From NCBI GenBank assembly GCA_012295275.1, contig CM022672.1, positions 7,440,001 through 7,504,000 on the forward strand: 64,000 bases of DNA, given 5' to 3'. Made by a program: the position numbers and the translations under genes. Positions 1-16,120 of this stretch are shown here, piece after piece (within the stretch, counting starts at the first letter, position 1; every line of letters begins with the position of its first letter). This DNA is from Chrysomallon squamiferum (taxonomy: Eukaryota; Animalia; Mollusca). The notes below the pieces were generated by a model, which ran no database searches, was not told the DNA's origin, and worked only from the letters and a program-made list of their open reading frames with translations.

Positions 1-259
1 AATGGAATAATAACGATCTTTCCTGTATGTAGGTGTGAGACGGTAGATATATAAATATATTCAGGACATACTTTAACAGTATCTGCTAAGTTCCAAGTAT
101 TTCTGAGAGGACTCGAGTAACAGTGGATCGGAAGCTGTTGATGGTTCAGAGGATCAAATCTCTAAATTCGAACCTAGTTGGCAGGTTGGCTGTCAATAAC
201 CTAAATACACTGAAACGGGCCATAAATAGTTTATAAGGTTGACAGGAGCAAAAAAAAAC

Positions 260-359
<100 letters not shown>

Positions 360-2958
360 ATTCCATAAAACATGTAAGTAATAAAAAATAAAATAAAATA
401 TATTTGCATAATTATACAGAATGCGCTTTATAACAAAAAAAATAATAAATAAGTAAATAAATAAATATCATGTTAATAAATGATTTGAATCTGTTTTTCG
501 AAGTTTTACGGATGTCAATCTATTTATATCATTTTATATATTCTTTTCTCCCTTGACTGGGAGTAATGACGTCGAGACAACCAACAAACAGCAACAACAA
601 TAATAGCTAAAATACTAAGCACATTTTGCATCGATATTATTTTTTAAACAACATATGCTACTCCTATGCACCACCATTACTAATAATGTTACTTCCACTA
701 CTGCAGTGTATTTATTAATATTGATAGTTAATCAGATCTTTACGCTAAAATCTTAAACGTTGGTTAAATCACATAATTCAAAATAACGTCTAGAAAATAG
801 CATATATTTTCAAGATAAAAACTCTATAGCTTTGAAGATAGTATAATTTAACACCAATGGAGATCCTATGATTTACCGGTAAACTCTACTTGAACATAAA
901 CAGTGATTATACGATGTATCTCATGGGACAAAACAAGGAAGACACGCTCCAAGGTGCTAACGTTTCACAAAACGTCAAATTAGAGACTGAAAGAATTTCT
1001 CCATTGCTTATTAGATTTCCGACAAGCCTCGTGAAAGCAATAAAACGATCCCAGAATACTTTTTTTGTTCAGAGCTAATTAACTAAGATATGTCGAGCTG
1101 GCTGAGAGTTAATCATATATATGTGATCTGTGATGTTTCCAGACTGGAAACAGAAATACATGTACTTGCTTACTGTTTACATCAACGACATGCATTAATT
1201 CTCAAACACAAAGAGTTACAGTGTTTATGCTGCTACACGTAATTATAGCAAAAAAAAAAAAAAAAAAATAATACAGATTTTATTCTTGATTTGAGAATTT
1301 GTTTTTATATAAGATTTCATTAACAGCAACAACCTCAAATTACCCTTCAATCAAAATAATTATCTTTATCATATATAAATATATCCCTATTTTGGATATT
1401 TTCTTCTTTCTTTCTTTTTTTTTTCTTTCGTGATGGTTTTACTAATGTTACCGACAAAATTTGTCTTATTTTTTTTCTGTTCTTTGTGTTTCTTTTTCTA
1501 AATCTTTTTTAATCATTTTATCTCATTTATTATTTTGTGGTTGTTCATCATTGTCTTTATCCTGTCCCCTTTGCTTCATCTACGTTTATTTCTTTTTTCT
1601 TTATTTCTGCCATTTTGTGTCTCTTAAACTCGTCATTAATTTTTTTCTCTTTTTTGTACTTTACTGCAATCAAAGCAAACATGCAAGAAAACAGGGTTCA
1701 TTAAGAAACGCTGAATAAAAGTGAAATAAATAATTTTTTAAAAATACAAATATTTTCTTTATCATATCTTTTCAGATCTCACTATTTTTTTTTTATTTAT
1801 TATTATTATTTTTTTTTTTTACCATTTCTTTTCAGATTTGAGCCAGTGAATCAAACAATCTAACAATTTCCCTCACAGTCACTACACTAAACAAATTTTC
1901 ACCAGTTATGGGCTGTAGAGTCAATTCGCCTAGGGGTATCCTATGAAACTATTTCTCGTTCCAGACAGTGCTGGATTATCAAACTACAGTCGTCCGTGGT
2001 ATCTGTTCCTCTGTCTCTGTCTCTGTCTCTGTCTCTGTCTCTGTCTCTGTCTCTGTCTCTGTGAAGGTGTATCAGATTAACCTATCAAGTAATGGTAATG
2101 GATTTCGAGAAGACAGTGGGAAAGACAAAAAGAAGAAGAAAATAAAACATGTTTCAAATCCAAACAGTGATTGTATTAAAGTATGGAGAGATGTCTTTAA
2201 ATAAATTTTTATATTCATAAACCTGTATTTCCATCCATCCATTAATTCATTCTTTCGCAACAGCAGATGCTACGGTTTGTTTCAATGATTTGAACATAAT
2301 CATTATTAAGCCGATGTTACTGTATAAAGGTTTCTTTCACTGACTTGCCCATCATTTTTATATTAACAGAGAGTTCAAGATACGATGAACTACAATTCGC
2401 AGCATTTTATGTAATCAGATAATGAAAATAGATCTTTTACACAATAAACAACTTCAAAGAAAATGCTTTTTTTTCCCACAACCTGCTTCCCTACCCGGCA
2501 GTCACAGATAGAAATAACGTCTGGGAATCGAAGACTTATTATTCCTTCACACAACAATCCCAGCACTAAACCACTCGAGGCGAGATGACTCTTTCCTGAC
2601 TTGTTTATCCTCGTGCAGTTTTATGTTCGTCTGTGATATGCTTTAACCATTTGATTGCAGCGGTTTGTTTTCTCTCAGTCATTACCAGATAGCGACACTT
2701 CACCGGCCATTAGCCGTGATAATCTCGCTCTTAAACACAAGTAAGCTTCCTGCCCAAGATGACGCCATGTTTACATGTGCCAAGTTACTAACACAAACAA
2801 TGATGAGGCCACTGCACCGCTGATGTTGACGATGATGATGATGATGATGATGAAGGAGACGAGGTAGATAATAGATTTTAACGATGATGTTACGTGTATG
2901 ATCACTGTCTCTCTCTGTCTTTCTCTTCGTTTTGCATCTCCCTTTTTCTCCTTTTTTC

Positions 2959-2960
<2 letters not shown>

Positions 2961-3035
<75 letters not shown>
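2961..3035. repeat. (CT)n microsatellite
   Basis: Pure dinucleotide run. Confidence 0.97.
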
Positions 3036-3037
<2 letters not shown>

Positions 3038-3496
3038 TCATAATACCATTTTGTAACTAAAACAGTTCTATTTATGCATATAATCTTTTTCTGAATCTGT
3101 TTCTTTCTATCTATCTATCAGTGTGTCTGCTTGGCTCTCTCTTTCTCTGAAATTCTCACGGTTTCATCTTTACATCAATACATTTTTCAATTAGTTTTTT
3201 TTTCTGTTTTTATTTTGTTTTGCTTTATTATCACAAAGAATCGTAAAACATTAAAAACAACTTGGCATACAAAACCGAAGAAGTGAAAAACAAAATAGTG
3301 CAGAAAATGTTCTAATTTTAGTGAAAAAAATAATCAATAAAATCAACAAAATAAGCAAGCTGTGGGCGAATGAAAATAATGATAGATGATAAACCTCTTC
3401 TGTTCAAATATAAAAATTGTTATCGAGCGTAAATTAATGGATGAGCATGTCAGCCAACAGCTTTTTCATATTAGCGAGTAATAAACGATCCATGAA

Positions 3497-4327
3497 ACAC
3501 TAAATGTAACTATTGTTAACTGTAAAATATTGTCACCATTGTTAGCTATTTTAACACTATAAAACATTGAATTTAACTATTGTTAACTATTTTAACACTA
3601 TAAAACACTGAATTTAATTATTGTGAACTATTTTAACACTATAAAACATTGAATGTAACTATTGTTAACTGTAAAATATTGTCACTATTGTCAGCTATTT
3701 TAACACTATAAAACATTGAATATAACAATTGTTAACTGTTTTAACACTATAAAACATTGAATTTAACTATTGTTAACTATTTTAACACTATAGAACACTG
3801 AATTTAACTATTGTTAACTGTTTTAACACTATAAAACATTGAATGTAACTATTGTTAACTGTAAAATTTACTATTGTTAGCTATTTTAACACTATAAAAC
3901 ATTTGTTAACTGTTTTAACACTATAAAACATTGAATTTAACTATTGTTAACTATTTTAACACTATAGAACACTGAATTTAACTATTGTTAACTGTTTTAA
4001 CACTGTAACATATTGAATTTAACTATTGTTAACTGTTTTAACACTGTAACATTTGAATTTTACTATTGTTAACTATTTTAACACTAAAATACTGAATGTA
4101 ACTATTGTTAACTAATTTTACACTATAAAAGATTGAATTTATCAACTGTTAACTATTTTAACACTATACAATATTTAATGTAACTATTGTTAACTGTGTT
4201 AACACAATAAAACATTGAATGTAACTATTGTTACCTCTTTTGACACTGTGAAATATTGAATGTAACTATTGTTAACTGTCTTAAAACTATATAAAAAAAT
4301 TCAATGTAACTACAGTTAACCATTTTA
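3497..4327. repeat. AT-rich 41-bp minisatellite, roughly 20 imperfect copies
   Basis: Unit AACTATTGTTAACTATTTTAACACTATAAAACATTGAATTT repeated in tandem, more degenerate toward the right end. Confidence 0.92.
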
Positions 4328-4533
4328 GCAAGAGAATAACTTTTTTCAAAATATTAGAACACAAACACAAGTCATAGTGTTGTTTTCGTGCGGTGTATAA
4401 CAAAGCAGCTGATGCTGACATTTCTAATCTGTTTCTGCTGGGAATATTAATTCTGACGATTTCAGAATATTTTTTTTTTACTGCTCCAGTGATGCTTCAG
4501 TCCAAAACAGTTTCTGATGTGTGCATGAATTTA

Positions 4534-4566
<33 letters not shown>

Positions 4567-4636
4567 CACGTATTGCGAACAATAGAGAATGCAGAAAATC
4601 AGAGATGACAAATTCGTATGCATACATATTTGTTTT

Positions 4637-4707
<71 letters not shown>

Positions 4708-7700
4708 ATTTTTATTTATATATATTTTTTTTATCAGGAGTGGAATAATGTGTATTTTCAGCCGTCGTTAAGAAGAATGATTTTTCGAGATTTCGCTGTT
4801 ACGTGAGCAATTTCAAGAATAAAGCTGTTTAACAAAAGAATTATTTATATTTTAAAAATGAGTAATTCAAGTGATGTATTTCAATTTCAGATTCTGTTAG
4901 CTTTGGAATTCTGAGTCGATTCAGGAAGTTTTTTTTTCAAATGATTGCCGATCACACTTTCTTTGTGTGTGTCCAACGGGTCATTTCCATTTCCACCCAC
5001 CACTGATATAAAGGTCAAAGCATGTTTTTGTATGTGTTTATTAATCTGAATTAAATGTTAACTTGCTGCTGTTTGGTAAGATATAATGTTGATAACAAAT
5101 CTGTCTAACACTTCTTTATCATTTTTGTTTTTAAAGTTTTATTTGTAATATCAGCTGACGTATTAAAACGACGTTATTAAACAAACATTTGTTCATCAGT
5201 TCGTTAATTTATAAAACTGACTTACGTTTGTACATGACTGTATATTTAATTTTATTCTCTACCACATATAAAACCAAATGTTTATGATTTATTTTTGTTG
5301 CTTCTCATTCTGTTTGATGTCAGCGACATCTGTACGTGTCATTCGGACCACGTTTTATTTTACATCTCTATGTTTATAGCCGAGCATCGACAAAAAAATA
5401 AAACTTAATACTTCTAGAACAAAATTAAATACTGAACAAACAAAATAAAAAATAAACAATGATTCGATTAACTAAAACAAAAAAAAGAAGATAATAAGTT
5501 TAGGATCCGTAAAATCTCTATTTCCAGGAATTAATTTGTCAAAAGGGAAAGCTGATTGAAAATGTATATTTGTACTGGTGTGAGTGTCTTTACTCTACCA
5601 TCGTAGAATCCTCAAATATTTTTCTTCTTTTCCTCTTTGAAGCTACAGCAAATTTGCTTTTGCAATTTAACCAATATTGACGTGTTTGGGTATTGACTGA
5701 CAAGCAGGAAGACTGCAAACTCGCTGATCTTGAAGCCAAACTAGCATCATTCTCTTCGCTTTTAATGATGTTCGCCTCCTCGTCGCTTTTCAGCTCTAGT
5801 ACGCCCAAAGTTTAAACAAATGTCTTCGTTCCTTCAATTGATTTAAAGCACAACGGAGAACGTTCATTACTGCTGTGAGGTAAGATGAAGCCGGTGTAAG
5901 ACTGATGTTACGTCACAGGGGAGAAGACATCTTCAAACGCAATCACATCGTGGAACCATCTTACGTGATTGGCTTGCTAAAAGACAACAGCAATCAGCTA
6001 TCGGTTTTTTTCTAACTTTTCTCAAAATTCCTCCTTCGCAGTTATTTTAACTTGAAATCCTTTCCTGGTTAATTCTAATTTGTCGTACTGTTCGTCTGGA
6101 ATTAAAAATCATTACTAAGCTAAATTACGAAGCAGACATGTTTTATAACCTTCGGGAGGGCGAGGGATAAGCTGAGATCGATATAAACATTTATAATACT
6201 ATTAACGTATTGAAACAATCAAACTTATTATATCCATGTGTTATTACAAAAATTAATGAATAGGACATGTATAATAAATTTTGGCAGTTTATAAGGGTTA
6301 CTTCGAATGCATGTTAAAAGTTAAAATCTTTTTTTTTTTTTTCCCTCAGTTCATCACTGTGGAATCATTGTTTTGTTGGTGATTTTATTCGCTTGTCAGA
6401 GAAATGATGGTTTGGAAAATCAATCTTACTTATATTGCCCGATCCTACCAGTGCACTTCTACTGATTATCAAGTATCTAGGTATAAGTTTTCCTCTGTGG
6501 GCAAGTGTGTATAATATTAAATATACTAATGCTAATCGAAGACTATTAATTGCGTAATAGTGAAATTTCTTCTCACCTTTATTTATTTATTTATTTAGTT
6601 ATTTATTTTTTTTATTTTTTTTTTTTTTATTATTATTATTTTTTTTTTTTTTTTTATTTTTAACTTTATACTTCTTAAATGTACTTAAATGCAGATGTAG
6701 AAATATTCGTTCGTTTTCTATTTTCAGTTGTGTACAGAATTCCATCAGCTGAAGGTATCTATAAATAGATTTAAATGACAATGTCACTTTAAACTGGACA
6801 CAGCAGAAACTTAATCGTTCCCATAAGCCAATATATAGCTAAAACGAAGCCCAAGGTACTTTTAACCACAAAACTGTGTTGGCATGTGTCCGTGAATCAC
6901 TCCTTATTCAAACCAGAGCTCATTTCAACTAACTCGCCTTAACAAGATACTCGGGGCTTAATATCTTGTATTATTAAAGGTTGTTTGTGCAGTGTTCGGC
7001 TTGGAGGTTCCAGTGATAGCGAAGACTTTTGTTTTCAACAAATACGTCTTGGTCAGGACCCGCCAGGGAAGGTCAGTCGCTTGTGCATGATACACATTTG
7101 ATGAAATTCTAAAGAAGAAACATTTGATTTAACGATTCTCTGAACAAACGTTTTAATTTATTGTTGTGTGATTAAAATATCTGATTAAGAGTCGGAACCC
7201 GCTGAAAGTTATACTCTTTCTCAATTAGCTGAAAAGTTGTGTTCTGTACACAGTTTCTTATAGTAGAAAATTATACTGCAGTCTTTTTTCGTTTTAGAGG
7301 AAAGGTTATTTGAATCGCATTTTCTCACAAATAGAAAGAAAAAAATGATACAAGTCTTTTACAAACCAGAGATGGAGAACTGGTTGAAGTGAAAAATAGC
7401 GTAGTAACCCTGCCTTATGCCAAGGTCCGATCACTGAACTATAAAAGCTGGAAATGAATTCTATACTGAGACAGAATGGTGTTTGACTGGTTTTCGATAG
7501 TGCTAATATATTTTCCACTTGTCTCTCTGTTGTTTTCCTTGTTAGTCTTCTGTCTTCTCTATCAATACGTTCATTCATCATTATTTTTATCCATCTTTCA
7601 TACTTTCCTTGTATAATGCTGTTTTGGTTTTTATTATCTGTCTATCTGCATAATTATCTAAATTTATGTATGTACACACACACATACACACACACATGTA

Positions 7701-8650
7701 TGTTTGTATCTGTGTCTATCTGTGTTTGTTTCTTTGTGTGCTTGTTTTCTCTTTACATTTCTTCATTTTTATATACAAAAGTGAACTCATTTATCTTTGA
7801 GGTTATATTGAAAAACAATATACTGATATCCTGCTGTTTTTGAAACTTTTTATTCACGTTTTAAATTCAAACACGGTACTGGTAATAGAAACACTGACAT
7901 ATGGTAACATAAAACACGTCAAAATTAGTCACCTTTTTATTTCATTCTTGTTAACTTAAGTTGAATATTATTTAATAAACTGTTTACTTCAGCAGAAAAC
8001 ATCTGCGTCTAGAATCGAGTAGGCGATTTTATTTGATTTTAAAGAAAAGAAAATGTATTATAGGGCTCTACCATTGCTAATAATAAATTTAACAATGAGA
8101 GATTGTTCGAATAGTTTGTCGGCTGAGATTTTCAGGTTTTAATGAAATCAGTTCGTATATAAAAAATTAATAAGTCAGAGGATTCGAAAATGTCGTTATT
8201 TTACATTTGAAACTGAAGACTTGTTATTTTATCATCATACTTTTTAATTCTATTAACAAAGCCAAAAATATAGTTAATATGTAGATGATTCATTCGTATC
8301 ACTTTAATATAATTATTTTGCTTTACAATAACTTTGTATTAATGGATCTCGGTGACATTTTTATTAACTTAATTCCTTGAAAAGCATTTTCTGTTAATTT
8401 ACGAATTTCAGGTACAGTCTGATTTTTGAGCTTTTCCATATTCATGTTAATATATCTTGACATTTTTAACACAAATTCGGTTGAATATATCAATTAATTT
8501 TTATTTATTTATTTATTTAATTAGTTTCAACAATCGATAGAGAGGTTGGTCTAAAATATGGTCGGAAAATGTGTGTATCAGTATAATGTACAGAATTTTC
8601 AAACTGAAATCAGTTTCATTATAAAGAACGTGAATATAAAAATAATAATA

Positions 8651-8699
<49 letters not shown>

Positions 8700-11600
8700 A
8701 AAAAGAAGAAAAAAAGAACGAAAAGAAGCAAAATGAAAAAGACATTTGTCGGCCAAAATTAGAAAGGATCTGCATATTACGATAATCGTCCATTAAATAA
8801 TGATTGAAGCTTTCGTTTTTTTTCAGTGTTTAAAATTATTACTCGTTCTGGGAAATGACAGTCTTGATAGAAAATATATACATTTTTTAGAGGCGTTAAG
8901 AAACGACGTTACGGCCATAAATCTACGAAGTCTTTTTTTTTTTTGTCTCGTTTTCAGACGTTTTCTTCGTTATCTCAAAAGCAAGTAAAACATTCTCGCG
9001 ACAAAATTTGAGCAAAGACAACTGATTTATACCATTTGCTGTTTACTGCCATCGATTTCCGGCTGCTTTCTAAAGCCCATTCAGTGAATCTGTGAACGAG
9101 ACTCAAAATGATATAGGATATTAATGAACATTTGTTTTCCCTTGCAATCTAAACATGGCAGGCAATACAACCGCCACAAAAGGAAAGCGCGTTAGCTGCG
9201 ACATCGTTAAAACATTAAGTCAACAATAGGCAATGTCTATTCGCCCCAATAATACCAGAGCACCGCAGCGCGGACACAATCATGAATATCATAGATGCGC
9301 GGCTTTCACTGGAGGGATTTACAGTTATTTTTTTTTTTTTTGTAGCCTATCGAGAATTAATACGCACTCAAGATATTGCTGATACCACTATCTCAACTGA
9401 CAAAGTAATTAGATAAATTATTTTTTTAGTTTCAGAACGAATTACAATTACTCGCTAAATCCTTTTCATTTTTTTTTTCACTAAAGTAAAAATTAATACA
9501 TCGAAAGAAATTTTAAGTCTCTCCACACAGCCTGATTTGCTGAAACGAATTTTAATTCATGGTTTGTTTGTAAAATGAACAATGACGCTGAAAAACAAAA
9601 ACGTATCAGTAGAAACAAAAACAGTTGTCGCTATTGATGTGCACTAATGTTGTTTTAGTAGTAGTGAGATATGTGGAGAGACAGGTTCATAGATACAGAA
9701 ACACAGATGGAATATTTCTCATTCTACCACAGTCCCAGGAGTGATTAATTAAATAGTTTGTTCTTTTCTGTGCATTATTAAACGACTAATCAATAAAAGT
9801 AGTTAGTGTATAATAGATTTATTCGTTCAGAGGTCATCATCATACAAAGCATATTGTTTGATCACTAATAACTGTTGATATTAAAATATTTCGATAAGTA
9901 ATTCATTCGTCAAGAGAACAGCAGCAGAAACTGACAAGTTCTTTGTTTTCTTGATCTGTGTAAAGAGAAGACACCAGATACTGTGAGGGCGAGCGTATCT
10001 TCTGACATTTACCACTTCAGACACAATCTGAGAACTTAATGGGCTAAATGTGTTAAAATGCAGCTCCCAGCAGGCCTACAAAGCAGCTTTTTCATGCAGT
10101 AATCCTACCAAGTCATCAGGATTTCCGAAATAGCAAAATGTCAAAAACTCCAAGAACGTCAGTACGATTTTTACAATGAAAATATTGCGAAAAGATTAGA
10201 TTAGAATTATACCATGTCTGAGAGATTCTACATCATTCGTCTATTACGCTGTCACTTCTCGATTTTTCAATCTCTTCTCTTTTTTTAAAGAAAAATAACT
10301 CATACTTGAAATGTATGAGGACATGTCTACATTTATCCACCCGTGATTCAGAAAGACAAGGTAAATGCCAGCGTGTGGTTAATGCTTTAACTGGTCTATC
10401 TGGTTCAAGAGACGAGATGGCTATGAGAGAAATATTTCCATTAACCCAAGGGAAAAAGTCTTTAGCGAGACTGACACTTTTCTTAATTTTTACTTGTCAG
10501 AGATGCTGAAATGAAGCCTGCCCTGAGACTGACGTGCATTTAGTCAGAGTGTGATGTTAGCAGTTTGCACTCCTCGCTAGACAAGCCATGAAGCAGGCCC
10601 GAGCTTCATGGATGCCTTCCTTGGGCCACGCTGCTAATGGCAGCCAGTTAGTTATCAGTAAGTCATCTTTCACCAGAGACGAGACAATACTGTTTTTGTT
10701 GTTGTTATTTAAACGTGTTATGTATGTATGTATGTGTGTATTTTTACACTGTTGTATGTTTACTGTTGTTGTTGTTGTTATTATTATTATTATTATTATA
10801 ATTATTATCATCATCATTTCATTATTACTATTATGATTACTACCGTCACTGTCGTCATGACCACCACCATCATCATCATTATAATTAACATAATGTAAAT
10901 AGTGATTTGTCTCATTAAACATGCCATTATTGACGTCTTTTTCTGCAAGTTCAGAATTCACAACAAACCGTCAGTGCATAAACTACTGTAAGCTGACTAC
11001 ACACACTGCGGTAAAACAATTTGCCGTTGTTACTTGCTTAATTGGATGACAATGTCTTGTCACGAACTTTGTACGGTTTCGTTAATGAGAACGCGAGAAT
11101 GATTCTGTCAAAATTACAAGAGGATATTCTGAGTTGTGGTAATCAGAATCTGAACACTGAAGAATCGGAGATTTGAAGTAGAGTGTTAATGTGTGGTGCA
11201 ATTAGTCAGTGGATCAATCCTTCTCGACTCTCTAATTGAGTTATCTACCATTCTTGATAACCACAGAACAACCAGAAAGTAAGAATACAAAATAAAGAAA
11301 GAAAATAAAGAATTGAGAAAAAAAGAAAAATTCTTCCTCCATTGTATGTGAGATTTCTAAGTTCAAGAAACGATGTATTTGACAAAAGTTTTTTAATTTT
11401 TTTGTTCCTACTGTATTTCTTAGTTGTATGAAGCAAGATTTAAAGTGGTTTTTAAATTCATGCTGCATTTTATAAACAGCTGGAATCTTCTGTTAGGTTT
11501 CTTCCGAGTAATTGCTTTAAATAATAACCCTTGTCGTTCAACTGAAGAAATTTGTTTGAACAAAAAATATATAGAAGTCAGCAAGAAATAATAATGAATG

Positions 11601-12619
11601 AGGCTGTAAAAATAAATTAGATCAATATGTTTTTATTGTGCCTGCTGACCCCGTGCTGGCTATGGTGCAATCTAGCTTGTGACAAACTAGAAAGATATGA
11701 AGAGGCCGCACTCTATCAAGAACGACTTTCACAATCAAGTGTCATGGCGGACTCTCGCTTTTCGCGTCGCGTAAATTGTGAGTTTGTTCTGGCGATGACG
11801 GGAGGTTGATTCATGGGAGAAACACTGTGTCAGCTATAATTGGATGAGTCTAATAGAAATACGAGTGGCAAGCTAAGCGTGCTCGAGAGCGTTCAGTCGT
11901 GTTCATTCTCGAACGCTAATTTCGCTTTCGTCTGTCACTCTTCCACCATCTCACGCGCACCGCAGCTCCCTCTTGCATTTATCCGGTCCAACTAAACTTC
12001 GGCTAATGAATTTATTCGGTTCTACGTTCTTGCTTCGTTCATTAAAGTAATGTATTGACTCACGTCGCTTGAATCACGCACACCTTATCAATATTTGTCG
12101 ATAATTATGAGAATCTTGATCTTGTTTGCCAAAGTGTACACGATATGTTCTAAATTTTATTAGCCAGTCTTCGCGAACGAACCGTGTCTTTAGTGAAAAA
12201 TCTATCACGTTAATGATGCATTTGTTGTCCACATTCCGTAGCACATGCCTTCCTCAGTTGATGTATCTGTATTCCGATGAACAGGGTCGACAGACAAAAT
12301 ATATCTATAACAAGTGCAGACAACGCCACAATAGTATTTTATATCGATCCAGATTTATAAATGAGTAAACAACTTAAAGTTTTTTTTTATGTGACTGTGG
12401 AATTGACGTAACCCGATCAAGCGACACGGTCACAGCAAGGATGATTTATTTTTCACAGACTTAATTTGTCAGTTTAGTTAATACGTTAAGAATCGCGATC
12501 TGTGAGCTTCAAAACGTTAAACTGGTTCCATCAGTCTGGACAACATCTGATTTATTGATTTATATCTCTTGACTTCTTAATTGAAGTGTGTTTAATAAGT
12601 TATTAATACAGGTGGCAGT

Positions 12620-13478
<859 letters not shown>

Positions 13479-14606
13479 CAAAAATAAAATTAAGGTTCGT
13501 CTCTTTCCTTGGTTAAAACGTTCAGCTTTAAAACTAAATTCTGGCTGCAGACTGCGACTTAATCAAACCCGTACTCAATTATAGGGTAATACTGAGTTTT
13601 CTATTACCTAGCTGACAATATAGATTTCATAAAAATATATGTAATTATCTTTAAATTCAAAATAGAGTTCCAAGCAACAGGGTGAAGCGGGGTTTAACAC
13701 AAAAATAGAGACGTACATGTTTCTTTCATAATTTTATAACAACCCCAGCTATTTTCTTTATTCTCTTTATAATCAAATTCTATCTTGAGAATTATATTCT
13801 TCATAATAACGATGCCATCGTTTATCTAAAACCAGGATCCACTCCTTAATACCACATTCTTCAAGATAAAACCTCTGAATACTGAATGAACCAGGAACAA
13901 ATCTTCTTATTACTGGTAAGAGTTTGCGTAACGGATAGTCCTCGTTGTTTGAAGGTAATAATAATAAAAATAAACGTTACGTAATCCAGAGGTGTTCAGC
14001 TCAGTTAGAAGGTGAAGCAGACTTTTGATTTTTATATTTGGCAAAGCTTTGCACCGCACGTAAACACTGCTGCAGTTGTGTTCTCGTGAACGAAACAGGA
14101 ACTGAGAACACATCGGTTAATAGCTTGCGTGCTTTGTGAAGTGAAAAATATCCTGAAATTATAACTGCATTACTCGCTCTTAATCGACACTGCATTTAGC
14201 AAAAAAGATGCTGTTGTTTTATTGCAGAACGGAATTTGTTGTTTGGTCAGGCAGTATTTTTCGCTGCAAATGAAATCTTATCAATGAATTTAAAGGTTTA
14301 TGCAGAAGTAGTTCAAATCTTTGTAATAACATGCATTATACTTTCTTTGGCACGATATTATATTTTTGATGGATGGATGGATGGATGGATGAACGGAAAG
14401 AAAGATAGGCGGAAAGACACATTTGGATGAATGCATACTACATAGATTAATGAATATACAATTCCAAAAAGAAAATCGAATTTGCCAAACCAATGGAAGG
14501 ATTAATAATCAATCTGCACATAAATGGCTGACGGTCAGACAGGCTAATGTTGTTCAATAAAACAAATATGTGCAACATATAAAATATACCGAATTGTCAA
14601 CTTCAC

Positions 14607-14790
<184 letters not shown>

Positions 14791-15900
14791 AGAAGAAGTT
14801 AGAAAATGTATCTAAGACAAGTTACTTGAATTTTCTTTGGCTACTTTTACAAATAAGTTAGAATGAAACCCAGACTTGGCACAGTGTCACTGATATTTAT
14901 ACAGTGATGATTTCCCTCTGTGTTACCAATTATCTGGAGCACGTACCACAGAAAAGTGTGTTGTAACTCTGCAGTTCGTTAACGAATTCTTATTAGGCCA
15001 ACTGATGTAATGTAAAGAAATCGTTTCACAATTATCTAAAGCAATAGGAATAGGATTTCAGACAAAGCTGTATTAAAACTGTTTTATCTAAGATATGTGG
15101 GTGATATTGTGGAATAAATGAATAGCATTCTCTAATAATGATCGCTAATATTAAATTTTAATTTTATTTTTTTATTTTATTTTTTGGTTAGTGCAAGGAA
15201 TACTTATATTACTTAACATTGCTTTTATTATATCATTATAAAGTCATTATTTCAAATGTTCCTGTGTGGATATCAAAGAAATATAAAAATGTGAAGATTA
15301 TGAGCATGCCCGTCAAAGAGAACAGTATAAACACCCAAACATATGCTCACATATACAATCGCTTATACATTTATACAAACACATTCATATATGCATATAC
15401 AGACACTCAGTGTTCACAGATTATCCTTTATTAATTCAAAAAGATAATGTAAAGTTCAGTCACAGCTTCACCTGTCAAAAAAAATAAAAAAAAAAAAAAA
15501 CATAAAAAATCTTGATCTTCTTCTCTGATATTTATACAGATTCAAGTCCATGTTGGTATTCGATCCCAGATCGCACGGACATGAGACACAAGGTCAGGAT
15601 CACTGCTGAACTTTCCCCACTTTCAGCTGACTGATGAGTTTGTCAGCACAGAAAACTGCGGATGACAGAGAGAGAAATGTCAGTCACACTGTTTACTCAG
15701 TGGACTGTTTAAACAAGCCTTTTCTTCACAGCTTTACAATTTGTGATTAACTTGGCCATTTGTGTGTTTATGATCTTCTCCTGACATCGTTAGCTAATCG
15801 GAAACACAAGTTTCCCTCACAGCAAACAAACAAACATTAACGTGATCATCTACAAACATGCAGAAACCAAATAACAGTCAGAAAACACCGATGGTACTTA

Positions 15901-15920
15901 GCACGCACGCACACACACGC

Positions 15921-15966
<46 letters not shown>

Positions 15967-16120
15967 ACACACACATACATGTATATGTAGATACACACAG
16001 AGAGATATACATCCATTCACCCAATCATTCATCCATCCATTCATCCATCCATTCATCCATCCATTCATCCATCTATACATACATACATACATACATACAT
16101 ACATACATACATACATACAA
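15901..16120. repeat. Compound (CA)n/(CATC)n/(CATA)n microsatellite
   Basis: Directly visible. Confidence 0.92.

Noticed and set aside
100-190. Exon-like stretch SEAVDGSEDQISKFEPSWQ ending at CAG|GTTGG
   Set aside because: In-frame TGA at 104-106, no convincing acceptor, no recognisable homology, and no partner exon
3497-4327. Regularly spaced repeats superficially like a CRISPR array
   Set aside because: The units are contiguous tandem copies without unique spacers, no cas genes are present, and the context is eukaryotic
5590-5885. 72-aa minus-strand ORF and a plus-strand GAG|GTAAGA donor near 5879
   Set aside because: No recognisable domain, non-ATG start, and no consistent exon chain on either strand
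15552-15600. tRNA-like fragment (GGGATCGAATACC on the minus strand)
   Set aside because: Too short and degenerate for a tRNA gene; at most a SINE relic
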